From Nitrosopumilaceae archaeon (lineage in GTDB: Archaea > Thermoproteota > Nitrososphaeria > Nitrososphaerales > Nitrosopumilaceae): a DNA stretch of 64,000 bases. The stretch lies in assembly GCA_965207375.1 (NCBI GenBank), contig CBDBMG010000001.1:64001-128000 (forward strand). Direction: 5' to 3'. A model generated the notes under the pieces. It saw only the letters and a program-made list of their open reading frames with translations, ran no database searches and was not told the origin of the DNA. Positions 13,328 to 29,429 of this stretch are shown here, piece by piece (within the stretch, counting starts at the first letter, position 1; every line of letters begins with the position of its first letter). The position numbers were made by a program, and so were the translations under genes.

Positions 13328-15150
13328 TCAGTGTGACTTCATCCCTCTTCATGCTGGCATTTGATTATAGTAGTTTATATTTCTTTGTTAGGTTTCTGCA
13401 CTGAAATTAGATTTAGAATTAATTGCTACTCTTTATTGTGCATTTAACTTTTAACTTCGTAATTATGCCAACCATATGAAATCTGTATGCTAGCTTAAGT
13501 CGAAGACACTTACTTTCAGTTTGATTGTCAGCTTTAGTCAATAACTTTACATCTGGATCAGAGGTTAACACTAAGTCCACCATGCTACCTATGCATGAAT
13601 TTATAGCTACTTAAAACCCCTGAGTGCATCAACTCTGTTGCAAATAAGGACTTGTTATAGTTGAATCTCACACTTGCTATAGCAAACACACCGGCATGGA
13701 TGGTAGTTTGAGACTAAAGCAGCACGATTACATCAATTAAGGAGGCTCCTTTGTCCCCTTACTACCCAAATATTGGCTAGTTAATAAGTATAATTTTGGG
13801 CATAATATATAGCTAGACATTGAGGCGTAATAGGCAAATTTTCTGGCACATTGTAGCAAATGATAGTAAATTTATGAACCTGACTAACTAAATTATTACA
13901 ATTATTTTACTTGTAATCTAACAACAACAATAAACAATAGCTAAGTAGTGTGAATTCCAACACCAATATCGCGTGATCACTTCTGCTTAAAGGATCGCCA
14001 AAACAAAATATGTTTTTCCCACTAGCACAGATTTTTCTGACCATCCAAAACTCAGCTCTACACTGGATGTATCGCCGCTTTATGAGACATAATCGTTGTT
14101 GCGCAAGATCACGTGACCATGGCTCGTGTGATATTTGCGAGGTGAATCTTGGTGGTGGCATGCTTATTTCAGTTTAATGTACGAGAATGAAATTATTTGT
14201 ACATTTTGTGCTTTTGATGTTACTGTCATCATAGATATTATAGACTCCGTACCCGTACGGAGTCTATAGCTAATATCTATGCTGTCATGTAATGACCCAT
14301 GCTGCAGCGAGAGAACCTTCATTCCAGGATGCGGTACGTTGTTCTGCATTCATATGATAGTTAGATAGTGTACGCTATAAAGCCAGGCAAACTCGATTAC
14401 TTGTTTCTCAATTATCGCCCGCATGACTCCAAACACTACCGCCTTAAATTTTAGTATGTTTATAAATTCATTATTCAAAATGTCTTCACCCGGCTCTCAC
14501 TCCCATTGTAAAAATTAATGTTCATGAGAAAGCAAGTATCAAGTTTGGACTAACTCATAACTGATGATACCTTTCTTGGCATTTTATGCACTGGTCTTCA
14601 ACTGTTAAATAAGTTTCAGTCCAACCAGCTCATTCTGCATGGTAATAATTATAACAAAATAGCCTATGCACACGTGGTTGTGAAGGTATACAAAAATGGG
14701 TTGACAAAATTAATTTTATTAATCTAGTGCTACGAAGTGAAAACTATCAGGTGACTATTTGCAATAATTTTTACAGAACCAACCCCTTATTCATGAAACT
14801 ATTAAGAGCTGCCTTTTCTAATAGCCATGATCAGAATGACACAAAAATCATTACACCTCTCACAATGAAGACCACTGAATAACTTATCACCAAGAGTTAA
14901 TAATAAGATCACCAAGGTAAACAGTTTAGGACATAAGCCCTGTCTTTAGACGTCTCTGCATGTGCATTTTTATCAAAACCGCAAATTTTAATTGTGACTT
15001 GCTATCAAGATGGGAATCATTTTAACTGATAAGTAAGATAAGTAACTAGTCACCAGATAGCTTTCAATAGCATTTCATTTTTGTGCATCAGTAATCCAAA
15101 ATTTTCATAAGATGTACAAAATTTCAAAAACCTTAGATTTTGCAGGTATA

Positions 15151-16944
15151 CTAAAAAATTTAAATTTAAAAAGTGAGTAGGGATCAATCTTTCACTGCTA
15201 CAAAAAGTAAGGAAACAAAGAATAAGATTTTGGCACAAAAGAACACTAAAGATTCTGGCATGAAATAATTGATAAAAGTTAATCCCTACTTTTGGTCCAC
15301 GATTTCAATAGGTTAGTAGCTATGCATGATCAAGCCAAAAGTAGGGATTAAACTTTTATCAATTATCTCATGCCAGAATCTTTAGTGTTCTCTTGTGCCA
15401 AAATCTTATTCCTTGTTTCCTTACTTTTTGTAGCAGTGAAAGATCGATCCCTACTCACTTTTAAATTTTTATTTATTCTAGTACATTTGCTTTTTATAGC
15501 ATACTTGCATAAGTATATAGTTGACATAATAATATAATTTAAATCAACCTGTCCTTGCTTTCCAGGCACCTAAATCGTTACAGGCATCACAACTTAATTA
15601 TGTTTTACAGGCGCTTGTTAACAAGAGCGTTAACATGGTAAAGCAGCTGTATTATAGCTCATTACATTCAAAAAACATCAAAATCTATTTTGTAAAAATG
15701 CTACAATTGAAGTGGTCGTCTGCAGTGGCGTAACTAAACCCGGGCCTACCCGGGCCTGGGCCCGGGCATCAATTTTGGAATGTTTTTAGAAATTAGAAAT
15801 GAAAGTCTAAGTTTATATCCAGTGACTACTATCAAATTGTGTGCAAGTAGCTAATCATAACATGTTAATATATACCTTAATGCTTTTATCTCCATTTATC
15901 GAATGGCTAGCCATACCGGGTATGCCTGTGAATGAATAGCCGAAACAAGCGCCACTAAAAATAATTTGTCACGTGATAACTTAATATGGCCAAGCGCGTG
16001 TTTTGTAAGCAGTAACAAAGTGTGATTTTGAGGTGAAATGATTAAGTACTGGTGATTATCACGAGGAGCGTACACCATTTCTCTCTGATTATTTATGCCA
16101 TTCTGATGATTCAGTCAGTGAGTTCATGGACAAAATGGCGCGTGATCCTGAGCCTATCAAGTAAGGCTCAAACCCTACATGGACAAAGGCAAGGATAATA
16201 GAATAGGCAACCTGCAATGGTATACAATCCATAGTGAGTTTTAAATAGATTTAAAGGCCTCTGCACACTCGGAGATTCGCAAGTCAAAGATTTAATGATT
16301 ACAAGAAAGAAGCAGCATCTCGCCAGCAAAAGTATAATTAATGCACAGATATAACCGTGCACACGTAAATACCTTTAGCATATATTATAAACACTGAGCT
16401 GCAGGAACAGGAGCTAATAGCTGGCTTCATGCATTTCTACAGTGTTCAGTAGGTGACAATGCACTTTTTGTTTAAATTAAAGATAATGTGAATAATTATA
16501 TTTAACCATTATACTGACGGAATGAACAAGACCTTTGGCAAATGTACCCAGACAACAGACTGGAACTATGAACTTGTCTCACCATCACACTTAATCTGGC
16601 TATTATATAAAGTATGTCAGTATCTGGGCCCTGGCATCAGAAGTAGGCTGGTTACGCCACTGGTCGTCTGGCTTAAGTTGATGTTGTATACATGTTTTGT
16701 GTAATGGCGTGACAACCACATGTGTATGCGCATGTATAGTATACTTAAGTATTGTAGCCTAGAATTTGCTTCTAAGCAGTTGCACAATATTCCCTCTGCT
16801 AGCATTATTACAGCAGTACCAATGCATTTAAGTAGATTTTTTCAGCTAAAGCCTATTGTAAGGTGGGTTTTTAGAGGTACGAAAAAGCCAGATTCCATAC
16901 ATTCCTTATTGATCCCTACTATTAAGTACTACCATACTTAATGA
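15151..16944 (-). mobile_element. Family E element (5'-TC, long terminal foldback), absent from duplicate copy 2
   Basis: Empty site CAGGTATA|TACTTT at ~59500 with no TSD. Hairpin arms ~15160-15295 and 15335-15470. 5' end TCATTAAGTATGGTAGTACTTAATAGTAGGGATC. Confidence 0.75.
15723..16662. mobile_element. hAT-type MITE nested in family E element
   Basis: TIR CAGTGGCGTAAC/GTTACGCCACTG; perfect 8-bp TSD GTCGTCTG. Confidence 0.9.
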
Positions 16945-19900
16945 TACTTTGCAAGGGGCACAATGTTTAATGGTTATTTTTACAAAAGGTGCCAAGTTTG
17001 CAGATACTTATGTACTTAGTCAGGCTATAGTCTCCTATGCTAGTTATCGATGTGACGAGACAAAATTGCAGACAGAGGACAGACAGGTTTTAAGCTTTAT
17101 ATTATCATAATATTGATATCCTTGAGGGGAAGATCACATGATTAGCATAAAATATAGCATGGCCTTTTAATGTGATTAAAGGTAGTCTGCAATGGAAAAA
17201 TGACTTGGGCTTATATTTTAGCTTAGTGTTAGTAATGAAGATTGGCATGTGTGATTTGGTGATATTCCGCTTGGTTTAGCTACTACAGGGGTTTTAGGTT
17301 TCTTACATCACACGACATCACATCGGGAATAAGAACACGCACGTTTGTATGGAAATGTATGGAATTCGTATGCTTCTTGGATTATCAGCTAACAAAGAAG
17401 CTTATTGGAGCACCTTTGTATTTCTAGCAGTAATATACGCGTGTGAACATCATAACGTCTGTTGTAACAGAGCTTTATTCTTAAAACGAGAATTGTGAAA
17501 GGCGCGGACATGTACAAGTGGACCGGATTACTAGCAACCTATGACTAGTTTTGTCAAGTTTTGTTCACTGCATGTCTGTTGTTCCAATTGCTAGCTATGT
17601 ATTGTCGGATAGAATGGTGTGTTAGTCAGCCTCTGTCAGCTTTAGCATTTTGATTAGCACAACTATACGTGCTCTAAATGATTGGAATTTCATGTTGCAC
17701 AATGGTGGCAGTGGATCCAGTCTTCCTTATCATTGCAAGATTATTATCACACATGGTAAGGACATATACTAAGCAATTCATCTAGAAGTAGATTAGCTCT
17801 TCATTTTGAAAATTCCATATTTACCACCTCTCGCACCACCTTCATCGTTGTCATGTGACTGGCAATGCATTGATTCAGAGGACATGCTCTCTTTGTCACA
17901 AACTTGCTAGGAGAGAAGTATAATGATCAAAATCAGGCTTTCTTGTATCTCCCTATGCAAAACAAGATGAGTTTTAGTGCCTTCTGCCAATACAATGTGT
18001 GCAATAAAACTTTTTTATATGACGTCATGTATACTTGCGGAAGTGACATTTTGTAACATTGCAGCTTAATATCTCAATAATACACCATAATTTGATTATA
18101 AAAAATGTTGTTTTGTGCATTGCAAGATTAAATCAACATATCTAACCAATAAAAAGCACATGTGATTTTCCATTGCAGCCTACCTTTAAACGGCTAAAAT
18201 TTAGATTTTATGTGATTAACAAAACACTCAACATTCTATTGTCTGTACTCACTAGACTGTAGTTAATGAAATAAAAACCGTCATACAATCATACCTGCTC
18301 TTTGCCAAGTAGTGTAATTTACAAGTTTAAGACATGAAATTGTGATACAAAATTTGGCCAAAACACAGCATTATTCTAATCTGTGAGTCCAGTCCAGGAC
18401 TTAGTGAAGGCTGTGCTCTATATGTAAAACCTTTTGCTTACCTTTAGTCACGACCTGACGCATGCAGGGGTATACATAATAGTTGTAACACAGGCACTCG
18501 TACTCTCGCCCTCAGGCTTATCAGGCAAAGCACAAGTGTCTGTGTTGCAACTAATATGTTACACTTTCAGTAACGCTGTTGTATTTAGATATCGTGATGT
18601 ATTCACCTTGATTATGGGTCGTAATATTTGTTGCCAAAAACGTGAAGTTGTATTAATGTATTACCAAGCCTGGAATATTGCAAAAACCATCCCAATGCCC
18701 TGGGTGAGTGTAGAATAAAGGATGTAGCTATAGATTAGCTGAATTAAGTATCATACTGTATTTCATGATATACATTTGAATTACACAAACTGCTCATCTG
18801 GAATGGCCTTCTGGTTGTATATAGCAGCAAGGCAACAAATAAACATTACTAGGGATGTTGTTTTGCTTTTTATGCTATTGACTGACTTAAATAAATTACC
18901 AAAACAATAGTTTCATGTGCCTGACTCGGATGCACAAGACTACCAAACAACCTAACAACGTCAAAATTAAACCCACAATCAAAAACATTTGACTCTCATA
19001 TATAAAGGTTTGGTGAAATCTTTCAAACAGTATAGTCATTAGAATGCAAAAAGGAGTTGCATGCTTAACTTGGGTATAGCACATTAAGTCTACATACAAC
19101 TAACTATTCCATTCCACATGTCAACAAACTATGCAACATCACATTTGTAGCACTGCATGAGTACACAATTACTTGAAGGGACTGTACAACTAGGAATTTG
19201 TTCAGGAATTCATTTTAGTTTGTTTATTGATTACATATTATTATAGCATAATCGTATTTTATTTTACTCTCAATGTATTCTTGTGTTGTATTCTGTAGAT
19301 CAAACTAATGAAGGGAATGAATTTTTCGTTGGATTTTTCAGAAATTGATTCAGTAGAACTGACGAACCTGAGGTGATACCTCCAGTTCTCTGGATCACAA
19401 CTAAAGAGTCTATGCCAGTCAACTTTACAGTGTCCACTATTTTTGGACTTATTACTAGTGGTGTAGCAACTCCTGGAGAAATAACATATATTGATATACC
19501 TCTTGGATTTGTTGTGTTTGATTTATCTGCAGATAGTGAAGCTGATACACGGTTTAAAGGAATTTATATTGAAGCAGAAGATGACAGAAGGATTGCTGTG
19601 TTTGGTCAACATGAAGAAGCAGCATCCAATGATGCTTATCTAGCATTACCAATTATTTCACTGCCAACAGGAAGGTCTTATGAGTACATTGCAGCATCAA
19701 TATTTGGAGATACAGGTACTGTTTCACAAGCTAAAGATAGTGTGGCTCTAATTATTGGAACTGAGAATGATACTGAGATAATCCTTGAACCATCTGTTAT
19801 CATCAGGCATCCCTTTGCAACACAAAGTGGTAGACAGTTTATTCCTGGAGTTCCTGTTCAGTTTCGTACTGTAACTATTCAGAGATTTCAGACATTTTAT

Positions 19901-20927
19901 CTTCAGGTTCGTGGTGGAGATATATCTGGTACTCGTATAATAGCAAATAAGCCAATATCTGTTTTCTCTGGACATGAGTGTGCTAATGTTCCATTAGCTA
20001 GTGAACCTTGTGACACACTGATTGAACAACTTCAGCCAATAGATACATGGGGAGCTGAAGTAGTTACAGTTCCACTGAGAACAAGGAGTGGTGATGTACT
20101 AAAAGTGTTTGCTTCACAAGACTCTACTACAGTTAATGTTACATATACAGACATCAGTAGTGGCATGGTTACCAGTGATAGTTTCACACTTAATCGTAAT
20201 GGATTTAGAGAGTTGGGGGGTACTTCAATATTTGCCACAGGGGCTATTGCTGACTTTGCCTTGATACAGTCTAATAATCCAATTGCAGTGTTTCAATTTA
20301 GCAGAAGCTTTTCAGCTGATAATAATATAATATCTGATCCATTTATGTTGTCAGTACCATCTTGTGAACAATATCGTAACAGTTATGCTGTAGCTCCAGC
20401 TCCATTTGATCCTTCAGTTGAAGCACTGTTTCAGGACGAGCTGCATATGTTAACTATACTAACATAGCAGTACCAGCTGAGTACGTATTTTAATGCTAGT
20501 TTAACAGTTAATAATAATCCAATTAATGCATCAGAGTTTAGGCCAATCAGGAGAGCAGATAACAGCATATGGGGCTATGGGGCATAGCTAGAACTTGATG
20601 GAGTTACAATGATAAGCCATTCAGATCCAAATGCAGCTCTATCGGTAACATTGTATGGATTCAGTAACCAGATGTCATGGGGTTATACTGGAGGAACAGG
20701 TCTTGCTCCTGTTGCTCTTTGTAAGTTATGAACAACATGTTATTGTATGTAAATGTCACTTATGTCAGTGATCTGTAACATGATCTAATTTTTGTTAGAA
20801 CCTTTTTGTTCTCAAGGACACAAGGTTGTCGTCATTTCATGTTTACTGTTACAGCAGCTGTTGTCTCTTTGCTATTGTTCATTATAGTTACAGTGTGTGT
20901 ATATTTGTACTTGTAAATTACCACTAA

Positions 20928-21125
20928 TATCGTAAAGCCTAAATTTTTCGAGGGGAAAATTTTTGCTGATTTCGAGTTTTTTGACCAACCACGAAAACGA
21001 AATATTTGTTTTATGTTATAATTCAATACTGTACTTCTGCATTCCACAAAAAATTTATCTATGAAACTGTTAAATTCATGGTTCCATGAAAATTTTAACC
21101 CTCGAAAAATTTATGCTATATGGTA
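20928..21125. mobile_element. TA-target (Tc1/mariner-type) MITE, degenerate
   Basis: Imperfect TIRs TATCGTAAAGCCTAAATTTTTCGAGG/CCTCGAAAAATTTATGCTATATGGTA. Confidence 0.65.
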
Positions 21126-22386
21126 ACACTTTCTCACTTATGATACAATGGTTACCAAATGATATTGAGTCATTTCATTATCTGTAGCTGTGGTCTCATT
21201 TGAGACAAATGGAGGATCAGCAGTTACCATAGTAATACCAGAGAGGGTAGGCTCATTGGTAGTAGTTTTAGTACTCAGTGAAGCAGTTGGTGAACCAGTC
21301 ACTGTTTATGTAATAGCAATAGACATAACTGCTAGAGGTTTGTTAAACCTAGTCTATACATTAACAATTTTATTCAGTTCATTTATAGCTGGTAAAGATT
21401 TTGGACCATCTCAAAATTATACAGTAACCTTTCCTGCTGGATCAACAAGACAATCAGTAAACATTCCCATTATTAATGATACTGTTTTTGAGCTTGATGA
21501 AACCTTTCAATTAGAAATCATTGTTCCTGAAGCAGCTGTTAGAGCTGGTGTAATAGATGGCTGTGATCCATTTACTCCTAGACAAACTGTTAAAATCATT
21601 GATGATGATGATGGTAAGTTGCACATCAATATGATTTATCATTAGCATGTTAATTGTAGTGTAAATGATAAAACAATTAACACCATTGTGTAACAAATAA
21701 TGTAATATGATATCACTGAATGCATTGTGTGTATGTACATCATATATGTATATGTGACTGTCACTGCAAAATCCAGCCATGTTCGCACTAAAACTGAAAC
21801 AATTTTATTACACAAGCTTATAGCTACACACACTTAAGAACTATCCATGCACAGTGTCTCTGCTGGCCAATGTGAACTGGTATGCTTTTCTGGAGGAAAT
21901 TTTGCCAACCTTATGATGTCACGATAAAGAGAATGGTGCTTTTCATAGAGGACACCAATTGGGTGGCCATCACTTGGAACTGTTCCCATTGCCTTGTGTG
22001 GTGTGGTGTGGTGTGGTGTGGAGACCTTTCCTACTCTAAACAGTTGATCCACCTCCCACCCACCCACCCCTCAATGATGGCTGGATTTCAAAAGCCCTGA
22101 AATCCAGCCATCAGCTGTTCACAAGGTTAACTCCATGAATAATTGCTGCTAATATAAGACAGCCAGCTATAGAGAGCTCATTGTTTTAGTATTTTGAAAT
22201 GGTACTTATTTCTCGAAATATTACCAAGTGCAAACTAGGTTGTTTTTCACTCATATATTTGAGTAATTGCAGTATTGCCATCGTAGTTACTGTTATGTAC
22301 TGTACATACAAATATTGGGTTCGTATATATGTAGCAGCTCACCACTTATATTGTTAATGTGCCAGTTTTGTGCTAGTATATATATA

Positions 22387-22972
22387 CCGTATAGCGGGTT
22401 TTTAATGTGGACACAAAAAGTTGCAAAATAAAATTTAAACGACATTTAATCTTGTGAGCTAGCCTATTCACAATATTAAATTCCTCGAATGAATAAAGCG
22501 AAGAATAAAGCTTTCCTTTAAATCTTCGTCATATGCTCATATTATACTGAATTGCGAAAATATCTGTGAATAGACATCCTTTTTCACCGTATACTTCCTG
22601 TGCGATCGACGCCCATGTGCCACACCCACTTCAAAACACAAGGGGTTTGGCTTGCTACCATAGTTAAAGGCTTAAAATATCTTCAAGTTATGCATGGGAA
22701 TCGTAATTTTTGGCCTTTAGTCTGTATATGATTGCTGTATGGACATGCCCATTTTATTGATCGACTAGATCACGTCGTGCATAAAAGTATGGCTACGCCA
22801 GACTAGATGTATACAGAATTGCAGTAAAGAACTACAGCTACTCCAGTATACTGATTACTGAACGATTTGCTAGTTTTGTACATGCATGCAAGTAAAATAC
22901 AACGTAATTAAAACCTTGCAAATTAAGCCAATCGCAAGATTAAAATCCTCGCATGAAAAACCCGCTATACGG
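22387..22972. mobile_element. TA-target MITE
   Basis: TIR CCGTATAGCGGGTTTTT/AAAAACCCGCTATACGG flanked by TA. Confidence 0.85.
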
Positions 22973-23675
22973 TAGTCTGTCTTAGCAGTATGGATAGTTA
23001 TTATAACAATACACTAATTTAGCGATTTTAGCAAGTAGCTGTACTAAATTTACTATATAACGCTAATATAAACATTTTGATCAATACTCTCTAATAAAGC
23101 AGTCACTAATGATTGGTGACTGCACTATTAGAGAGTATTGATGTGCAATTGCTAAATTTAGTATTTGCTAAATGTGCAATCATAAATATCACTAACTTTA
23201 GTGTATCATTAATATTACTCGGCTTAAGGTACGTAAGTATACAGAGTGCATGTAAAAATAAAATAATTGTATGCATTTGCTAAGACATCTTTAGCAGTCT
23301 TGGTGGGTAAGTATGTTAAAGAAATTACAACAGCAAGGTTATTAATAAGCTGGTTGCTTAGTAACGATTACCTTAACTACTGATGATCTATAATCTATAA
23401 AGGCATAATGATGATCAGACAGGATGATGTTGAAGATTTCCAGTAGTACAAAGTTATATAACTATAAAATATTTATTAATTAATATGTTAACATACATAC
23501 ATACACACACACTACAATCAATATCAATTGTGCATGAAACAATATGATGTCATTGTTCCTAATGAAGTAGAGTCTAAAAATGGTGCTCAGATTTAGAGTT
23601 ATCAATGTCACATTGACTCAGCATCATCACAATACCTTATCCAAAGGCTGATGTGCGACTCATGTCATCGCTGCA

Positions 23676-23761
<86 letters not shown>

Positions 23762-23989
23762 ATACATATGTACATAGATGCATACATACACATAGGGACA
23801 TACAATGCACAAAGACAAAAGCAACAGATAAACTTTGCAGTTTGCACTTAACTAAAAACCTCACTATAGACAACATTACGGGTTTTGCAATCTTCCCTAA
23901 CTAAAAGTGTGAGAGAATCTGGGGAACCTACTCTAGAGAGCGCTACATAAAGCATTCCATGTGTGAAGCTTTCTTCAGTTAGATCTATT

Positions 23990-24778
23990 CCTACAGCTGC
24001 CCTATCATGCAGGTGTAGCTAAATGTATGCTGTGCTATAGGTGTCTATACCTATATAATTGACTATCCTTATGCTGTAGTTTCTGTAGTCTGTTTTGCTG
24101 ATCTATAGTCTGGTGCACCTACATACCTATAGCCCTATAGCTATATGCTTAGTGGTATAGGCATATAGCTATACCCATGCTAGGTATGTAGTCTCCTAGT
24201 CAGCCTTGCTACATATATAGTGTTAGCTATAGTTGATACAGTGGACTCCATACTTTCTTATAGCCTGTTTGGTCTCATGTAGCCACTCTAGTCTCTCATG
24301 CCTACCTAACAATGTTTACTTAGCTTAACACCCTGTGTGGCTTCATTTGACACCCTGTGTGTTTACACTATAAGGCTTCATTATTATTTAACACCTTGTA
24401 ATAGGTTGTACCAACAGCTACTTATCGTCATTTTCGTTTCTTCAATCACATAATCAGCGCTACGTAAATTTTTTGAAATCAAAAAATGCAGTGACTCAAT
24501 CCCCGACCACTGAACTAAGGTATCACAGTCGAGTGCATTACCAATCGTGCACTGGATTGTTGTGGTTAATGGCTGTATCGTTCGACACAGATGCTGGTGT
24601 TGAAAAACTATAGCCGTTAGAAACTTTTAGAAATATACTCGCAGATGCCGGAGCACATGGCTTTCATTTCAAGCAAGTCTGGCGTCGATCCATCCAGAGA
24701 CAGCAGAGTCAGCAGCCTGACGAGGAAAGAATGCAGACGGACGTACGGACAGACGGCTTTTCAGCTTTATATAGTAGA
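23990..24778 (-). mobile_element. Non-autonomous Helitron (family D), 3' end degenerate
   Basis: Minus-strand 5' end TCTACTATATAAAG; homologous to 28043-29159. Confidence 0.7.
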
Positions 24779-25456
24779 TTGAATCATATTCGATATGAAC
24801 TCATACCTTACACCCATATTGAATAACACTATCTCCATAACTACATTTTACTTACAATAGTTAGTTACTGCTGTTGAAATTAGAGGTGGATCGATAATCA
24901 AATAAACCGATATTCTGATAACCGATATATCGGCTATGAAAATCACTGATACTGATACCGATAAAGTTAATCATCCTGCGTAACTCTAGATATTCCATCA
25001 TTATACAAGTTAGATTGATATTATCCACTATGTAGAATAATCCAAATTTGCTGTCCTTTCTACTTCAATTCACTACAATTATAGTATTGATTAATCAACA
25101 AAATTTTCACTGATATGCCAATATTAAAATAATGATTAGTGGCAAATATGTAGCCACATTGCTTTAATAACTTTACAAGTTCACTTCTGTCATTGTACTG
25201 ATACCAATTGGCATAATATCCTACTAGTGTATTACAAATCTTTCTCAGTAGTTACATTTCCCATATTATAGCTGCTGGTATCAGTGGTATGTGATGTTTT
25301 TAGTTGTACGTTGCTTGATGATATATAATATGACATATTGCAATAGCATAGTTGTAGGACTTGTAAAGAAGTAATATACCGCATAGTGGGTTAATGTCGA
25401 GGGGAGGATAAGCTAGGTATAGGTTATTGTTCAAATCCGAAGTTCTACATTGTTTT

Positions 25457-25865
25457 TATGGCGCGTTTTCTGGGCAAAAATTCATCTGTAAAATATCATC
25501 GAAGTTAAACACATCGATCAGTAATTTTCGATTGAAATTTGACATCGATTGAAATTATCGATCGAATTTTCACATCGATCCAAATTATCGATCGAATTTT
25601 TACATTAATTAATCGAACCTCAGTGAAATGTGTCAAACGCATCGGTTATAATTTTCGATCGAAATTTATAAATCGATCGAATTTTTACAAATCGATCGAT
25701 CGAAGTTTTGAAATCAATTGATTGAAGTTACAAAACGATCGAAAACTGTTAGAAAAATTCGATCGATATTTGATCGCGATATTTTAAATTCTTATATTTA
25801 AAAGTCGATTATTTAAAATCGATATTCTGAATCACCAATTTGACGTATGTATTAATTATCGATAT
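25457..25865 (+). repeat. Left TIR plus subterminal ATCGAT/TCGA array
   Basis: Dense (A)TCGA(T) motifs; first ~145 bp are the inverse of ~44025-44171. Confidence 0.88.
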
Positions 25866-26249
25866 TATAAGTATCATTTACTGCCACAAATCAGTTTGTC
25901 CCTATATAGCTAGCTAGCTAGCTATACTCTTTGTAAGCTCAAGAATAGCCTTTAACAAAGAAATAATATTTGTCAGTTCTCGAAATACAAAGCAGCTAAA
26001 TCCTTAACAGACTATACAAACTATGGTCAACAGAGAAACCTATAGTGAGATCCAAAGTTAGGATGGCTAGCACAAATGAATTACGAAGAGTATACTTGAT
26101 TACTAAACTGCACTCTAATCTTCTATTGTAAACAAAAAGTTAAGCATTAATTAGCTATATATTCCATACTTACAGCATGGTGTATGGAATTAGCTACCTA
26201 TATACTGTATGGAATTACCATGCTCATAGCTACTTATGTACTATTAAAA

Positions 26250-26760
26250 TCTCTGTGGATATAGCCATTCTAAATGAGTTTCTGTGCAACACCGACTTCT
26301 CCAATCTGATAATGTTGAATATGTTTGGCAATTTACTGAATCCATCCTGTTAGTTGCAATTAAGAGATTTATCCTGTCATATAGCTAGCTAGCTACACTG
26401 AAACCAAATTCATATCTAAAATGATTTACACCACTGAAACCTGCGACATCAATTAAAATGTATTCATACACTGAGGATACGGAAACCTACCTACTGACCA
26501 TGTTAACAACCATCTTGAATCATATAAAAATCAGTTCACCCATGAGTGTTCACTAGTCAAAACCTCATTTGAGTCTAATCTGATATCAAATTTCATCTCG
26601 GGTGATCAAAGAAAAATATATCAGTATATAAGAAATATTACTAAATCAAACACAATACCGCCAACTATTTTTATAATGATTCTAATGCCTCTGATGATTT
26701 TGGTAAAGCTATACAGTTTAACCAGTTTATCTATTCAGTTTTTACCAGAACGAGTATCCC
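26250..26760 (+). mobile_element. Degenerate LINE ORF2 fragment
   Basis: Reads KIYQYIRNITKSNTIPPTIFYNDSNASDDFGKAIQFNQFIYSVF, typical of the EN-RT linker. Confidence 0.6.
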
Positions 26761-26907
26761 CAGAAATAAAAGAAATAAAAGTCTTTATATCAAACCCTTG
26801 TTTTTTCCTTGTATGTATGTATGTATGTATGTATGTATGTATGTATGTCTTGGGGATGCCCCTATAGGCTTTTTTAGCCTTTTGCTTCCCCCTGTTTATT
26901 TTGATGA

Positions 26908-29420
<2,513 letters not shown>

Positions 29421-29429
29421 TGATCTTAC

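Larger units (their letters stand above)
13940..20803 (+). repeat. Segmental duplication, copy 1 (paralogous to ~56096-64000)
   Basis: Extended colinear identity of upstream region, exon 1, intron and large exon; differs by insertions and an intronic block shuffle. Confidence 0.92.

Noticed and set aside
13907-14161. Similar short minus-strand ORFs here and at 55986-56195
   Set aside because: Similarity reflects the segmental duplication; the frame is not conserved. At most decayed LINE endonuclease debris (PLGRSDH).
17702-17755. MVAVDPVFLIIARLLSHM as a signal-peptide exon (also 60268)
   Set aside because: Ends in phase 0, while the next exon requires phase 1.
24490-24555. Functional tRNA gene
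   Set aside because: No intact acceptor stem or TTC T-loop; embedded in a repeat.
25539-25721. Twin ORFs MTSIEIID.. (also 43877-44089)
   Set aside because: They are the two TIRs read in mirror orientation, not genes.
25500-25865. CRISPR-like array
   Set aside because: Short degenerate motifs without unique regular spacers, no cas genes, eukaryotic context.
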